Positions 27,231 through 40,112 of a stretch of DNA of 64,000 nucleotides are shown here, piece by piece. Below the pieces are notes generated by a model. It searched no databases. It was given only the letters and a program-made list of their open reading frames with translations, and had not been told where the DNA came from. Origin of the DNA: the human T2T-CHM13v2.0 reference genome, Homo sapiens. Each line of letters begins with the position of its first letter. The first letter of the stretch is position 1. The DNA lies in assembly GCF_009914755.1 (NCBI RefSeq), contig NC_060928.1; one strand, 5' to 3'. The position numbers were made by a program, and so were the translations under genes.

Positions 27231-27495
27231 TTTTTGTGTCACATGTATTTTATTTCATTGAATATCATATGAACATCGGGAAAAATGTGAGACAACAAAT
27301 CCTAGATTATCAACATAGGTAACAGAGAGGAGGAAGGCCCAAGCAAACATAAGAAAAAAGTTCTGTACTGAAACACAGCTATTCCATTCTACTCATTTGT
27401 AAAGTTAAAGTGTGAATATTAGAAAGTAATACAATATTAAGGACACTAAAAGAAAGAATACCCCCTAGATTTGTGGTACAAGTGTGTGGCTGTGA
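27231..27495 (-). pseudogene. Unidentified retroposed fragment (processed-pseudogene 3' UTR or orphan 3' transduction)
   Basis: On minus: AATAAA (27254-27249), 13 nt, then A8. 11-bp TSD aaaacaacttt at 27220-27230 and 27496-27506. Body not recognised as a repeat. Confidence 0.6.
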
Positions 27496-27784
27496 AAAAC
27501 AACTTTATACATGAAGAATTCACTGGAGTAAATATCAGAGTATAAACAAAAGGGTTTGGAATTGAGATGATGCATTTGATTTAATACAAAGTGGAAAAAA
27601 TAGAAGATAAGAGACAAGAAGATTGTAATTGTGTTTCATGTATTCTGTGATTCCAACTGGATGAATAATAAGCAAGAAATGTACAGAGCTGTCTAAAAAT
27701 TAAATTGCTTATGTTGGGGGAGTGAAGGATATGAGATTATGGGTGTCTTATTGTTTTATTTTTCAAAAATTTCCTTAATGTGGC

Positions 27785-28186
27785 TGCTGTGGTTTGAATG
27801 TCCCCTCTAAAAGTCATGTTGAAATTTAATCCCCAATGCGGCAGTATTGAGAGGCAGAGTCTTTAAAAGGTAGTTGGGTCATGAGAGCCCTCATGAATTA
27901 ATGGATTAATGAGTGAATGAATGAATGGGTCATCATGGGAGTGGGACTGGTGGTTTTATAAAGAGAAGAGAGACCCCAGTGAACACACTTAGCCGCCTCA
28001 CCATGTGATTCCCTTTGCCGCCTCAGGACGGCAAGAGGCCCCACCAGTAAGAAGGCACTCGTCAGATGTCCCCCTGACATTGAACTCTACAGCCTCCAGA
28101 ACAGTAAAAAAAAAAAAAGTTTGTTTGTCTATAAATTACCCAGTTTCAGGTATTCTGTTATAAGCAGTAGAAAATGGAGTGAGAAA
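27785..28186 (+). mobile_element. MST (MSTB/C-like) LTR
   Basis: tgctgtggtttgaatgtcccct...aaattacccagtttcaggtattctgttataagca. Confidence 0.8.
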
Positions 28187-30015
28187 TGGCTCTATGAGCT
28201 TTTCAAATAAAATAACATGTAAGAATAATTCCTGGCCTATTGCCTGACAGTCATAGTGTTCCCCATTCTATTTCTGTCACTTATTTGGGAAGGTTTTCCT
28301 GATTCTCACCTCTCACCCCAGTCATCCCTGTGGCATGTTTCTATATCACTGTATTGATGACAATTTACTGTACTATAAAGTACAGTACTGATGACAACTT
28401 TACAGTTAATGCTTTGATTTTCTATCTTCTCTGGTAGACATGGGCTTTTGCAGGTGAGGGCAGTATATTTTCTTGCTTACTGATACATCTTTAGTATGTA
28501 GCTAGTGCCTTGTCTATGATAGGTACCTAATAAATATTTATTGCCTAAATTCTCAAGTCTCCAAATAAAAGAGAACACCAAAAAGCTAAGACTTTTATTT
28601 TACACTGTCTTTGGCTCTTTTGGTCTCAGGCACTTTTGGAACCCACACCTCACTTTCTCTTCGTCTTGACAAACACTGTCCAAATTTTTCAGCCAACCCA
28701 AAGCTGGATGGCATAGTGCATTGAGTTGGCAATTAACCAAAGGAGTGGCCCAGTGATGAAAGAATACTCCACAGAAAAGGAAAACTGAACTCAAATTTTG
28801 CCTAAGGCTGCCATGGTCAAGAATGATCTGAGCAAACCCAAGGGATTATGGCCAAAAGGATTCTAGTGGTATTGCTAAGTCAAGTCCTCTCTGGCCCCAC
28901 TCCTATGAGATACCAAATTCAAACACATTGGTGCTAATTCAAGTGCACTTTACTTTACTTTAGGACACGTTGTTTCATTTTAGAAGCAAGTATAGGAAAT
29001 CGCCCAAACCACAAGCCACACATTACGATGGCAGGCTGTAAGTAGATCTTACTCAAACAACTTTAGCATGTAAGAGTTAGAAGAGCCCCTCAACATATCT
29101 ATTCCAAACACCTTCCTCCAAAGTTGACACAGATTTTCTTAGCAACAGTCAAGATGAGTAATCACCCAGTCTTCCCTTGAGCACTTTGAGTGATGGTGAA
29201 CTCCCCATTTTTCAAGACAGCTCATTACCTTTTCAGAGAAATCTCTTCTAGACTTGGTAAACATGAGGTACATGTGCTGACACTCTGAGCCCCACACTTG
29301 TGGCAGAGATCACCAATTAATCACAATTTTTTTTTTTTCCCACCAAGCCTAGGTTTAGCTTTAGAATCATCCTCAACATTATTTTTCATTTGGATGGAGG
29401 TCAATTTTCAGTCCCTGCTGCAGTTATGAGAAAGTTAAGTCTTCTACACATTGCTCTTCTTCATGTTCTCTGTGAGCACACAGGACTCTAATAGTCTGGG
29501 GTGAGGACAGCGTCAGCCCTGAAGTTTTGAGCCCATTCCTGGAACACAGTTTGGGAAAGACAAAATCTGCAGGCTGGTGTGTTGGTATTAGGCTCTCCAA
29601 AGCCTGAGATCCACAAGGTCAAATATTGGAAACAGGCATTTCTTAGGCACTATGAATAATCTTTCCACTGACTTCTGAAAGCCTATATCAGGGATGGAAG
29701 CCTAGGGTCATTGAGGCACTGGGACCCAGGTTGAGGGCAGGTCAAGGCTGCTTGTGGTAAAGCTGGGACTAGAACCTCAGTCTGTGATCTCTAATCCGTT
29801 GAGTCCCCTATCAGACCAAATTGATTTTTCTTTGATAAAGCATTAACCTACTATTTCCCCAATTTCATTTTGAAATCATGGGTTGAGTCATGAAGAAGGC
29901 AGGTCATCTACCTATATAGAAGAACGCTGGGTCTACTGAAACATAGAGTGATTCCTTGCAGCTTCCAGAAGGGTTTGGGAGATTCAGTTGTGAATAATGC
30001 TAACACAGTTGCAAT

Positions 30016-30189
30016 GTTAGATTAGTACAGGTTTACTTTTAAATATTTAATAATATAAAAGACTTGCATAGCTTCAATTCATTTAAGCTTCCCAATAATG
30101 GGTAAATTTTAAGTTTCCTGAAAAGTGAGATCATCCATGTAGACAATCCTGTTTTTGACATAATTGTCCAACGTGGAGGAGGAAACTTG
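30016..30189 (-). other. SLC2A9: SLC2A9 3' UTR (~170 nt; 3' end estimated)
   Basis: Between the stop codon and the inferred cleavage region 15-30 nt downstream of ATTAAA/AGTAAA, followed by GU/U-rich ctgtgttagcattatt on the minus strand. Confidence 0.7.
30032..30051 (-). terminator. Poly(A) signals ATTAAA (30051-30046) and AGTAAA (30037-30032)
   Basis: Plus-strand tttaat and tttact. No AATAAA seen between the stop codon and this site. Confidence 0.7.
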
Positions 30190-30486
<297 letters not shown>

Positions 30487-31093
30487 TCATATACCAATAC
30501 TCCTAGACAAAACACCATGTGTGATGCTGGCTCAATAAGGCAAGTGTACCCTACATGAAGTGTTATCACATAAGGCTTGAATAAATCAGCTTCAAACTCT
30601 GGGAAAGATGAGAAAATGGCACTTTTTTGTTGTTGTTGTTGCAAATTTGGCATTTAAAAATTAATCATCATGAAAGCAAAATGGAATGCTTGCTGAATAT
30701 TAGCTTAAGCTTATATTTACAATTAACCACATTGTCTCCTTGCTTCTACTATACACATGAGACAAGAATGACATCAAAAGGGAAGAGAAATGCCTTAGTT
30801 CATAGGAAGAATGTGGAGCACAGAATAGGCCAAGGTAATGCCAGTTTTTTCTAATATGCAAATGATCTAACTCACTAATTGATACTCTGAGGCGGCCTTG
30901 CACAAATAAGAGAGATCAGAAAAAATAGAAATGCTCAATGCAATCACTCCGTTTTATGTATCCTGATTAGTGTTTGGACTAGAATAACCCTGCCAACTGC
31001 ACTAGACCTTGAGCTTCTCAGTGACTCAGTCACCTCTGTAGCTCCTGTGCCTTATAGGAGGTACTCAGGACATATTTGTGGAATAAAAGACTT

Positions 31094-31170
31094 GAAATCC
31101 TAGCCTCAATCAATCTGCTTGCTTTGGTCTCCCAGGTACTGGGATTATAGGCATGAGCCACCATTCCAGA
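31094..31170 (-). mobile_element. Tailless Alu/FLAM 5' fragment with 12-bp TSD
   Basis: Minus reads ggtggctcatgcctataatcccagtacctgggag...gaggctaggatttc. aataaaagactt at 31082-31093 and 31171-31182. Confidence 0.7.
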
Positions 31171-31789
31171 AATAAAAGACTTTCTGGGTCCCAGCTGTCA
31201 GGATTGTGACTATTATATGCAACAAACATCTACTGATCCAAAGATAAGGTGACACTGTCTTTGAATAATATTTCCCAAGAAGCAATATCCAGATTTTAGT
31301 CAATTCCATTCTATTCTTTGATTTGACAAACATTTATTTTTGGAGAATGGCAAAGTGCTTAAGCTTGATCCCTGGATCACATCCTAGATCTACCATTTAC
31401 TAAATCTGAGACTCTTTGTCCCTCAGTTTCCATGATTGAAAAAGAGGATAATCATGGTACATGTAGGGTTGTTGTATGAATTAAATGAGACATTCCCTTT
31501 AAAGTGCCACATGCAGTAAATGTTCCACACCTGGGGGTGCTTAGCTCTTGAGACTGTGCCTTCTGCTCGTACAAAGACTTCAAGAGTAGTGTGGAGAAGG
31601 GGGAGAGTATGGGCTCTGAAGCCAGTCGAGTGGGATTCAAATCCTGATCCCATTACTCACATGTTGTTCTAACACTTATGATGTGCCATTTAAGATAGAA
31701 TTTCAATCCACTGAGCATCTGTTTCCTCATTTGCAACATGGTGATATATACCCACACATTGTTTTGAAGATGAAATGAGATATATCAAT

Positions 31790-32740
31790 TTTGCATTCAA
31801 CATCCTCCACACCCCCATCTGCAGGCGGAATGGACATCTGACTTATCAAGTCCAAAGTGGAGCCTCTAAAACTGCCTGCTCTAGCCTTCCTCATCTCTGC
31901 TGATGGCACCTCCATCCTTCTGATTGATTATGCCAACAAAAACACTTGGAGGCAGGCTGAGCTTCTCTCTCTCTCTCCCACCCACATCTGCTCCATCAGG
32001 AAATCATGTTGCTCCACCTTGAAATGTATTCCAAATCTGAGGGTTTGTCATCACTTCTATTGTAACCTAATTTTGGTGCAAGCCACCATCATGTTTTGCT
32101 TGGATTTTTGCAATAGCTTGTCAACTGATTTCCCTGCTTTTCACTTTAAGCATAATCTTAAGATTATTCTTAACAGACAAGCCAGAGTGATCCTGTTAAA
32201 CAAAGGACAAAACTTGTCACTCCTCTGCTCAAAACCCACCATGACTTCCTAAGTCACCTGCAGGAAAGCCAAAGTCCTCACCATGGCCTCCAAGGCCACC
32301 GACCATGTGTCCCTCTTATTTCTCTGATCTTACTCTCCTCACTTTCTTTGCCCCAACTCCACTGCCTTTATGATTTCCCTCCAGTATTAGGCCTCAGAAT
32401 CTTTGCACATGCTGTTCTCTCTTGCTGGAATAATCTTCGTTTAGGCCTCTGTATATCCTGCTTTCTTACTCCTCTTCATCCGACTTAAAGGTCATTTTCT
32501 CAGAGAGGTTCTCGTTGACTCTCATTTTGAAATAGCCCCTCCCAGCCCTGCTTCATTGCCTTCAAAAACACTCATCACTATGCAGCATTATAGTGTGCAA
32601 CTGCCTGTTTATTAACCTTCTCCCTACCAAGAGGTAACTATCTGAAGGCAGGAGTCATCATTTTTCTTGTATTCCCAGAGCCCGGAGAGTCTCTGATATA
32701 CAGTAGATGCTCTGAGTATCTTAGTGAGTGGATGGATGGA
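31790..32740 (+). mobile_element. L2 (~1 kb)
   Basis: ccttcctcatctctgctgatggcacctccatcc...caagccaccatcatg...ctttgcacatgctgttctct. Confidence 0.7.
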
Positions 32741-32914
32741 CTGAGGCTCAGAGAGGCTTCCTGCCGTATCCCAGGCCACAAACAGGGCTTCCTAGGACCT
32801 CTCTGACACCCACACAGCTGCCTCTTGCTTGGCTTTCTTTTCCCAAGGGACCTGATGGGTGTCGTGAGGATTATTCTCACAGTTTCACAAAATTCAGTCA
32901 AGAACATGTGGCTC

Positions 32915-33101
32915 AGCCGAGCACAGTAGCTCACACCTGTAATCCCAGCACTTTGGGAGGCTGAGGTGGGTGGATCACTTGAGGTCAGAAGTTCAGGACC
33001 AGCCCGGCCAACATTGTGAAACCCCATCTCTACTAAAATTACAAAAATTAGCTAGGCGTGGTGGCAGTCGCCTGTTATCCCAGCTACTTGAGAGACTGAG
33101 G
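32915..33101 (+). mobile_element. AluS lacking its 3' part, fused to L1
   Basis: Left arm, linker and start of right arm. Ends at gagactgagg with no tail. Confidence 0.85.
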
Positions 33102-34336
33102 TAAAGATTAAAACTGGACCCCCTCCTTACACCTTATACAAAAATTAACTCAAGATGCTTAAAGACTTAAATGTAAAACCCAAAACTATAAAAACCCTAG
33201 AAGAAAATCTAGGCAATACCATTCGGGACATAGTCACGGGCAAAGATTTCATGACAAAAATGTCAAAAAAAAAAAAAAAAGAAGAGCAACAAAAGCAAAA
33301 ATTGATGAATGGGATCTAATTAAACTAAAGAGCTTCTCCACTGCAAAAGAAACTATCATCATAGTGAACATACAACCTACACAATGAGAGAAAGTTTTTG
33401 CAATCTATCCATCTGACAGAGGTCTAATATCCAGAGTTCATAAGGAACTTAAACAAATTTACAAGAAAAAACAACCTCATTAAAAAGTGGGCAAAGGACA
33501 CACACAGATGCTTCTCAAAAGAAGACACTCATATGGCCAAAAAACATATGAAAAAAAGCTCAACATCACTGATCATTAGAGAAAGGCAAATCAAAACCAC
33601 AATGAGATACCATCTCATACCAGTCAAAATGGCGATTATTAAAAAGTCAAGAAACAACAGATGCTGGCGAGCTTGCGGAGAAAAAGGAATGCTTCTACAT
33701 TGTTGGTGGGAGTTTAAATTAGTTCAATCATTGTGAAAAACAGCATGGTGATTCCTCAAAGACCTAGAGACAGAAATGCCATTTGTCTCAGCAATCCCAT
33801 TACTGGGTATCTACCCAAAGGAATGTAAATCATTGTATTATAAAGATACATGCATGTGTATATTTATTGCAGCACTATTCACAACAGCAAAGATATGGAA
33901 TCAACCCAAATGTGCATCAACGATAGACTGGATAAAGAAAATGTGGCACATATACACCATGGAATACTATGTAGCCATAAAAAGGAATGAGATCAAGTCC
34001 TTTGCAGTGACATGGATGGAGCTGGAAGCTGTTACCCTCAGAAAACTAACATAGGAACAGAAAACCAAACACTGCATGTTCTCACTTATAAGTGGGAGCT
34101 GAACAACGAGAACACATGGACACATTGAGGGGAACAATACTGGGGCCTATCAGGGGGTTGTGGTGGAGGGAGAGTGTTAGGAAGAATAGCTAATGGACTC
34201 TGGGTTTAATATTAATACCTAGGTGATTGGTTGATCTGTGTAGCAAACCACCACGGCATGTGTTTACTTGTGTAACAAACCTGCACATCCTGCACATGTA
34301 CCCCAAACTTAGAATAAAAGTTGAAGAAAAACAAAA
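33102..34336 (+). mobile_element. L1PA (about PA12-14-like) 3' 1.2 kb
   Basis: ORF2 C-terminal remnants ([39 protein letters not shown]) and L1 3' UTR. Confidence 0.88.
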
Positions 34337-34989
34337 AGCTCAGAAAAAGTTTGACTAGTCCTGCCCGTCTCACTCTGCTTAGGCACTCAGGATATGACCC
34401 AATATTCTTCAGGTTGAAAAGAATAATTTGCTCTTTTCCAGAATTTATTGAGCTCAAACTGCATTTTATAACTCGAGTAGAATCAAAGAGGCATACATTT
34501 GCATGCAATTTTCTCTGAATCGGAAAATATTGGCACTCCACACTGGAGAGTGTTTTTCGCAGGCTTTATAACAAATGGCCCAAGCAACACTGATGCTGAC
34601 CACAGCAAATGCTGCCAACAGGATCCCAGAGCCAGAGTGTGGAGGTGAGCATGAAGGGATGTGGGCTCCTCCCCACAACCATAGTTGCCTCCCTTCTCTG
34701 TTGGTGATGAGAAGGCTAAGGATTTTCCCTGTTTTACAGGTGAGGAAACCCAGGCTTGGAGAGGAAACCCATGCTTGAGGAGCATGCTCAGCGCCCTCCG
34801 CTAATACATGGGCTTCAATACAGGCGTGATTCGTGCCGTTGTCTGTGGCTCTACTGGCTCAGACATTTTATTCTGAGGAAGAAGCCCAGGCTTCTTAGGG
34901 GTCTGTTTGGGGGCTGGAATACATTTGCCACTGATACTTATTGGAATAAGTGAAACAATCAAGTTGTGTGAGTAGTTTCTCTTGGTGGC

Positions 34990-35918
34990 TGCTGTGGGCT
35001 GAACTGCGTCCCTCCTGAAATTCATACGTTGAGTCCTAAGCCCTAGCACCTCAGGATGTGATTAAGTTGAAATGAGGTCATTAGGGTGGGGCCCTAATCC
35101 AATATCCTGCTATTCTCATAAGAGAGGAGAAGAGGACACAGATCAACACAGAAGGGAGACCATGCGAGGACACAGGGAGAAGACAGCTGCAAGGAACATG
35201 GTTGTGCTTTGGTCAAGGGTAGGCTGAGGTAAACATCCAGAGTGACTCAGTGAGTTTAGAGGGCAGGTGTATAACTCTACTTGTTATCACAGCCATGTAG
35301 CCATAACATAGGAAGGGCATCCCTTGGCCCTACACCACTGTTGTCTGTAAAAGGTATAACTGCCCTGCTGACACTGTACATGCACTCTTGCGCTGGCGCC
35401 CAGAGAAAGAGAGAGAAAACCAGAGCTGTCCATCTGCAAAATGGAAAGAGGGGAGCCAGGACATAGCTTGAGTTCTGGTGCCCAGAGAAAGAGTTAAGCT
35501 GCTGACCTTGAAGGGCAAGCTGGCAGTGCAGCCATGTGTGGGAGCTGCTGGACTAAGCAGCCAAGACAGGGTGGACAGTGTGAGAGAACTAGTGTGAGTG
35601 AGCTTCTCATGAGAGACTACATTGCACCTGCCTACGGCCCCCTGAGTGTTCTTCCAGCTGTCTGCTCATCCACCCACTCCCTTCGGACCTCAGCATGAGC
35701 TGGAACCTGACCCTGGGGATAACAATTGGTGTAGTTGTGAACTTGACAACAGCCATTAACAAGCCAAGGAGAGGGGCCTCAGAAGAAATCAACCGTGCTA
35801 AGCCCTTGAGCTCAGACTTCTACCTTCTAGAATTGTGAGACAATAAATTTCTGTTGTTGAAGCTCCCTAGTCTGTGCTATTTGGTCATGGCGGCCCGAGG
35901 CCCGAGTAGATGAACACA
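34990..35918 (+). mobile_element. MLT1B-like LTR interrupted by LTR18
   Basis: tgctgtgggctgaactg...gggagaagacagc | cattaacaagccaaggagagg...caataaatttctgttg. Flanks gtggc/gtagc. Confidence 0.75.
35188..35748 (+). mobile_element. LTR18 (LTR18B-like) solo LTR
   Basis: tgcaaggaacatggttgtgctttggtcaagggtaggctgagg...agtgactcag. TG...CA with perfect 5-bp TSD acagc at 35183-35187 and 35749-35753. Confidence 0.75.
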
Positions 35919-37779
35919 GTAGCTCTTGATTGTGGCTGAGCTGGTTTTCAGAAGGGAGGTAGGTCAGAAATGGTTCACGTATGGCATCTAGAACACATAC
36001 ACGTTGCTCCCATGGGCGGGCGTGAGTGGGGCTGTGGTGGGCTGGGGTTGGAGGATGTGACTCAGAACTTGTTAGCCCTGTATTTCTCTAATGCATTGAT
36101 CATTGCTCACAGCAGCCCCCTGAGCCCAGCTCTCTAACTTGCTAAGCTCCTCTCCGGAAAGGAAATTAACCGTGGGTGCCTTCCCAGGCTTGGGTCAGGA
36201 GGCTGACATTTCACAAAATACTAAACGTATCTACCTGCCCAGTGTCTCCATCTGTATGTCCAGCCTGGCTGTTCCTTCTCCGATGAAGGTTCATCAATAG
36301 TCACACCTGCAATGTTTCCCGAATGACCCCTGAAAACCCAGACACCCTGGACATACCCAGCTTCTCAGGAACTGTTTCCAGAGGGGATTTGTTTCGAAAA
36401 TGCCCACAGGCATAAGAAAAGGCTCATAAATGACAGGCAAGAGAAGCAAGAACAAAACAAAGAATTGATTCCAGTTTTTAGAAATACAAAAAATTATCTA
36501 GGTTTGGAAGTGCAGTGACCTTGGAAGTTACTACATCTCTCTGAGCTCATCCCCTTGCCTGTCAAAGGGAGTGATACAGGCACTACCTCCTAGCACAGGC
36601 AGCGGTGGAGCACTCTGGGCACACAGCAAGCGTTCAGTGAACACTATACTAAAGTGGCATGTTGGTGCTGTTAATGCTCAAACTGTGGCAGGCAAGCAAG
36701 GTCTTTCACACCCCACACCCCTGAGTGGCTCAGAAGATAGTGGCCTGCTTCTCGGACATACAAATCTCAGTACTGGGCCATGTGAAGGTGCTGGAACTTC
36801 TCTACTTAATTTATAAATGTGATGGGGGAACCATGTTGACAGAAGCAGCTTGAAGTTAACTTTTGCCACAATAATGAGGATTTTACTGACACCTGGCTCT
36901 GCTGGCTTTGAGCCAAACTGTAAAAAGCCACTTAAGGTTTAAAGTCAATTGAAAAGATACTTGTTATGTTCTGACTGCAGCCACGTGAAGGTGTCCCAGG
37001 ATGGGAATAAATGAGTGTGGGATCTTGACTAACTCCATGGCTCATGGAGCCCCCAGCAGCCCTTACGTTTCAGAAATAGAGTGTTTGTTGCTAAAACACA
37101 AAGATGTCTTGAAAGTTACAGGGTGTGGCAGCCTTCTAACTCTGAGACGAGGAGGCTGTAGCAAGTGATGGATGGAGAGGGAAGTTGAGCACAAGGTGGT
37201 GAAGTGGAGAAACTGGGTTTGATGCTGACTGTGGGACCTGGGCTGACCATGTCTGCTTCCTGGACCTCCTTGCCTGTACAGTGGCAAGGATCAGAAACTC
37301 CAGCTCAGGACTGTGTGAGGGTGATGTGGGCACAGAAAGCCATGCATGGGGGAGGGTGCGGCACAGAGCAACTGCTCCGTAACTGTGAATGCAGGAACAG
37401 CCACCATGCTGGGGTGGCTGGGGCTTGGAGTGCCGCAAATACTGACCTTTGGCTCACCCAAGCTGGCAGCAGAATCTCTGGGATGTGTTGGGCTTGGCAC
37501 TAGTAAATTAGCAGGCGGACTTAGAACTGAGTGTCCAGAATAGTTGGTGAGGGGAGGAAGACAGGAAGACAGGATTGAAATAGCTCCTGAGAATGGGTGG
37601 TGATGTATATGACGGATTCTCACCTCCTCCAGGTGGTACCACCCAGCACTGAGGGCAGCAGGGAGCCCTGGTGGGCATTTGAGCAGGGAAGCTTCATCCT
37701 CCTTCTGCAAATGCTTCTGGGCCCCTTGCTCTGTGCAGAAGGCTTGCAAAGCCTTTTGTGTTCCTGCTCCCAGATAACC

Positions 37780-38155
37780 CTCTTATCTGATCCTCTCTCT
37801 CACCCATCTTTCTTGCTCACTCTGTTTCAGTCATATAGGCCTCTGGGTGGTTTCTTACACAGGCCAAATATTAGCCCTGCCTAAGGGCCCTTGCACTTGC
37901 TGTTTTTCTAGCCAGGACTTCACCATTCCCAGACAGCTCTGCTCCCTCACTTCACTCAGGCCTCTGCGCAACGGTCACCTCCTTCCAGAGCCCTTCACGA
38001 TTGCCCCATTTAAAATAGCACTTATGCCTCTTTTGTTTCCCCGTTCAGCTCCAGAACCAGGAAACACAGGCTTTGTTACCACTGTATCCTCATTGCCTAG
38101 AAAAGTGCCTGGCACACAGCTGGGACTCAACATATATATGTGTTGAATTAATGAA
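37780..38155 (+). mobile_element. L2 3' fragment
   Basis: gggcccttgcacttgctgtt...cctagaaaagtgcctggcacacagc...tgttgaattaatgaat. Confidence 0.65.
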
Positions 38156-38671
38156 TTCGGTTTCCAATGAACAGATCCTTTCCCTACCCAAAAAGACTTG
38201 TATCTGATTCTTGAGTATGTGGGCATTTTCCTACTGATCACTGTCACCCTTGGGACAATGATCCCATTAGCTGTGGTTATGATGATGACAATGAGGATGT
38301 TAAATGGGTGGTGGTTTGCAGTGTGCACTGGAACTATTAGATGGAATTTGTCTTACACAGTGATGAGCACATTGTAAAAATGATAAGTAGGTTGTAGGTT
38401 TGAGTTGCTAACCTAGGAGTCCTTGCATACCGTCAGCAATGGGTAGCCCACACCCTCTGAAAGAGCCCACAGCATTTAGGGAAGCTCTAGGAAGGCACAG
38501 GAAAGAGAAAGGGATGAAAGGTTTTGCCCAAAGCATAGTTTCTTCCTTCCTTAGGAAAATAGCATGAGTTTCCAGTTGAGAGGAGAGAGATCAACTTCTG
38601 CTCTATGAATCACCCCTCAAGTGCTGCAGAATCAAAGGGAACCCCATGGGCAAAAGACTCCTTGTCAGTCA

Positions 38672-38833
<162 letters not shown>

Positions 38834-38929
38834 TCACTCTGAGAAGGTCATGCCTCCAGCATCCATCTCCATCTGCCACACTTTAGAACCCCCCCACCCC
38901 TGCCCCTTGACTGGATGTGTAGTGGGCCC

Positions 38930-39100
38930 CAGTTCCTGAGTCGCCCTGGTGGCATTGCAGTGGGACAAGTCTTTATTTTGAGAGACTGTCCTGTGCAATT
39001 GCAGGGCATTTATTACCCTTTACTTTCTGATGCCAGGAGAGCCTCCAGTCACCACCACAACCCAAGCCAACCCTACACATTTCCAAACTCACATGTGGTC
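38930..39100. mobile_element. MER20-like hAT fragment
   Basis: gactgtcctgtgcaattgcagggcatt...gatgccagga...acatttccaaa. Confidence 0.45.
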
Positions 39101-39507
39101 TCAGGTCTATACCCTTCCTTTCCTCCATATCCTGTACAGTGAGACCAGTGATCACGCCCTGTGCCCAGACCAGGACCTAGGGCTCAGCATGACTGCTGGG
39201 ATCCCACTTGAACCTCCCCATCTCCAGCTGGAGTCACCACTCTGCCAATGAGATCTACACCTGGGTGTTTCTCAGACAAGACAGAGTGGGTAATGGATGG
39301 GAAATCCCTCAGGGACTTTTACTAAACTCTAGAGAGACAGTGAACACAATTTGGAAATTACTAGGCTGGAGGCATTCATTGTGTCAACATCCAACAATTA
39401 TTTATGTGCTGGGGCTGTTCCAACAGTGAGGTCAAAAGCAACATGTCCTTGCTTTCATGCGGAACCCTTGTCTGCTGGGATGACTTGTTCATTAAAATGG
39501 GAGTGAG

Positions 39508-40112
<605 letters not shown>

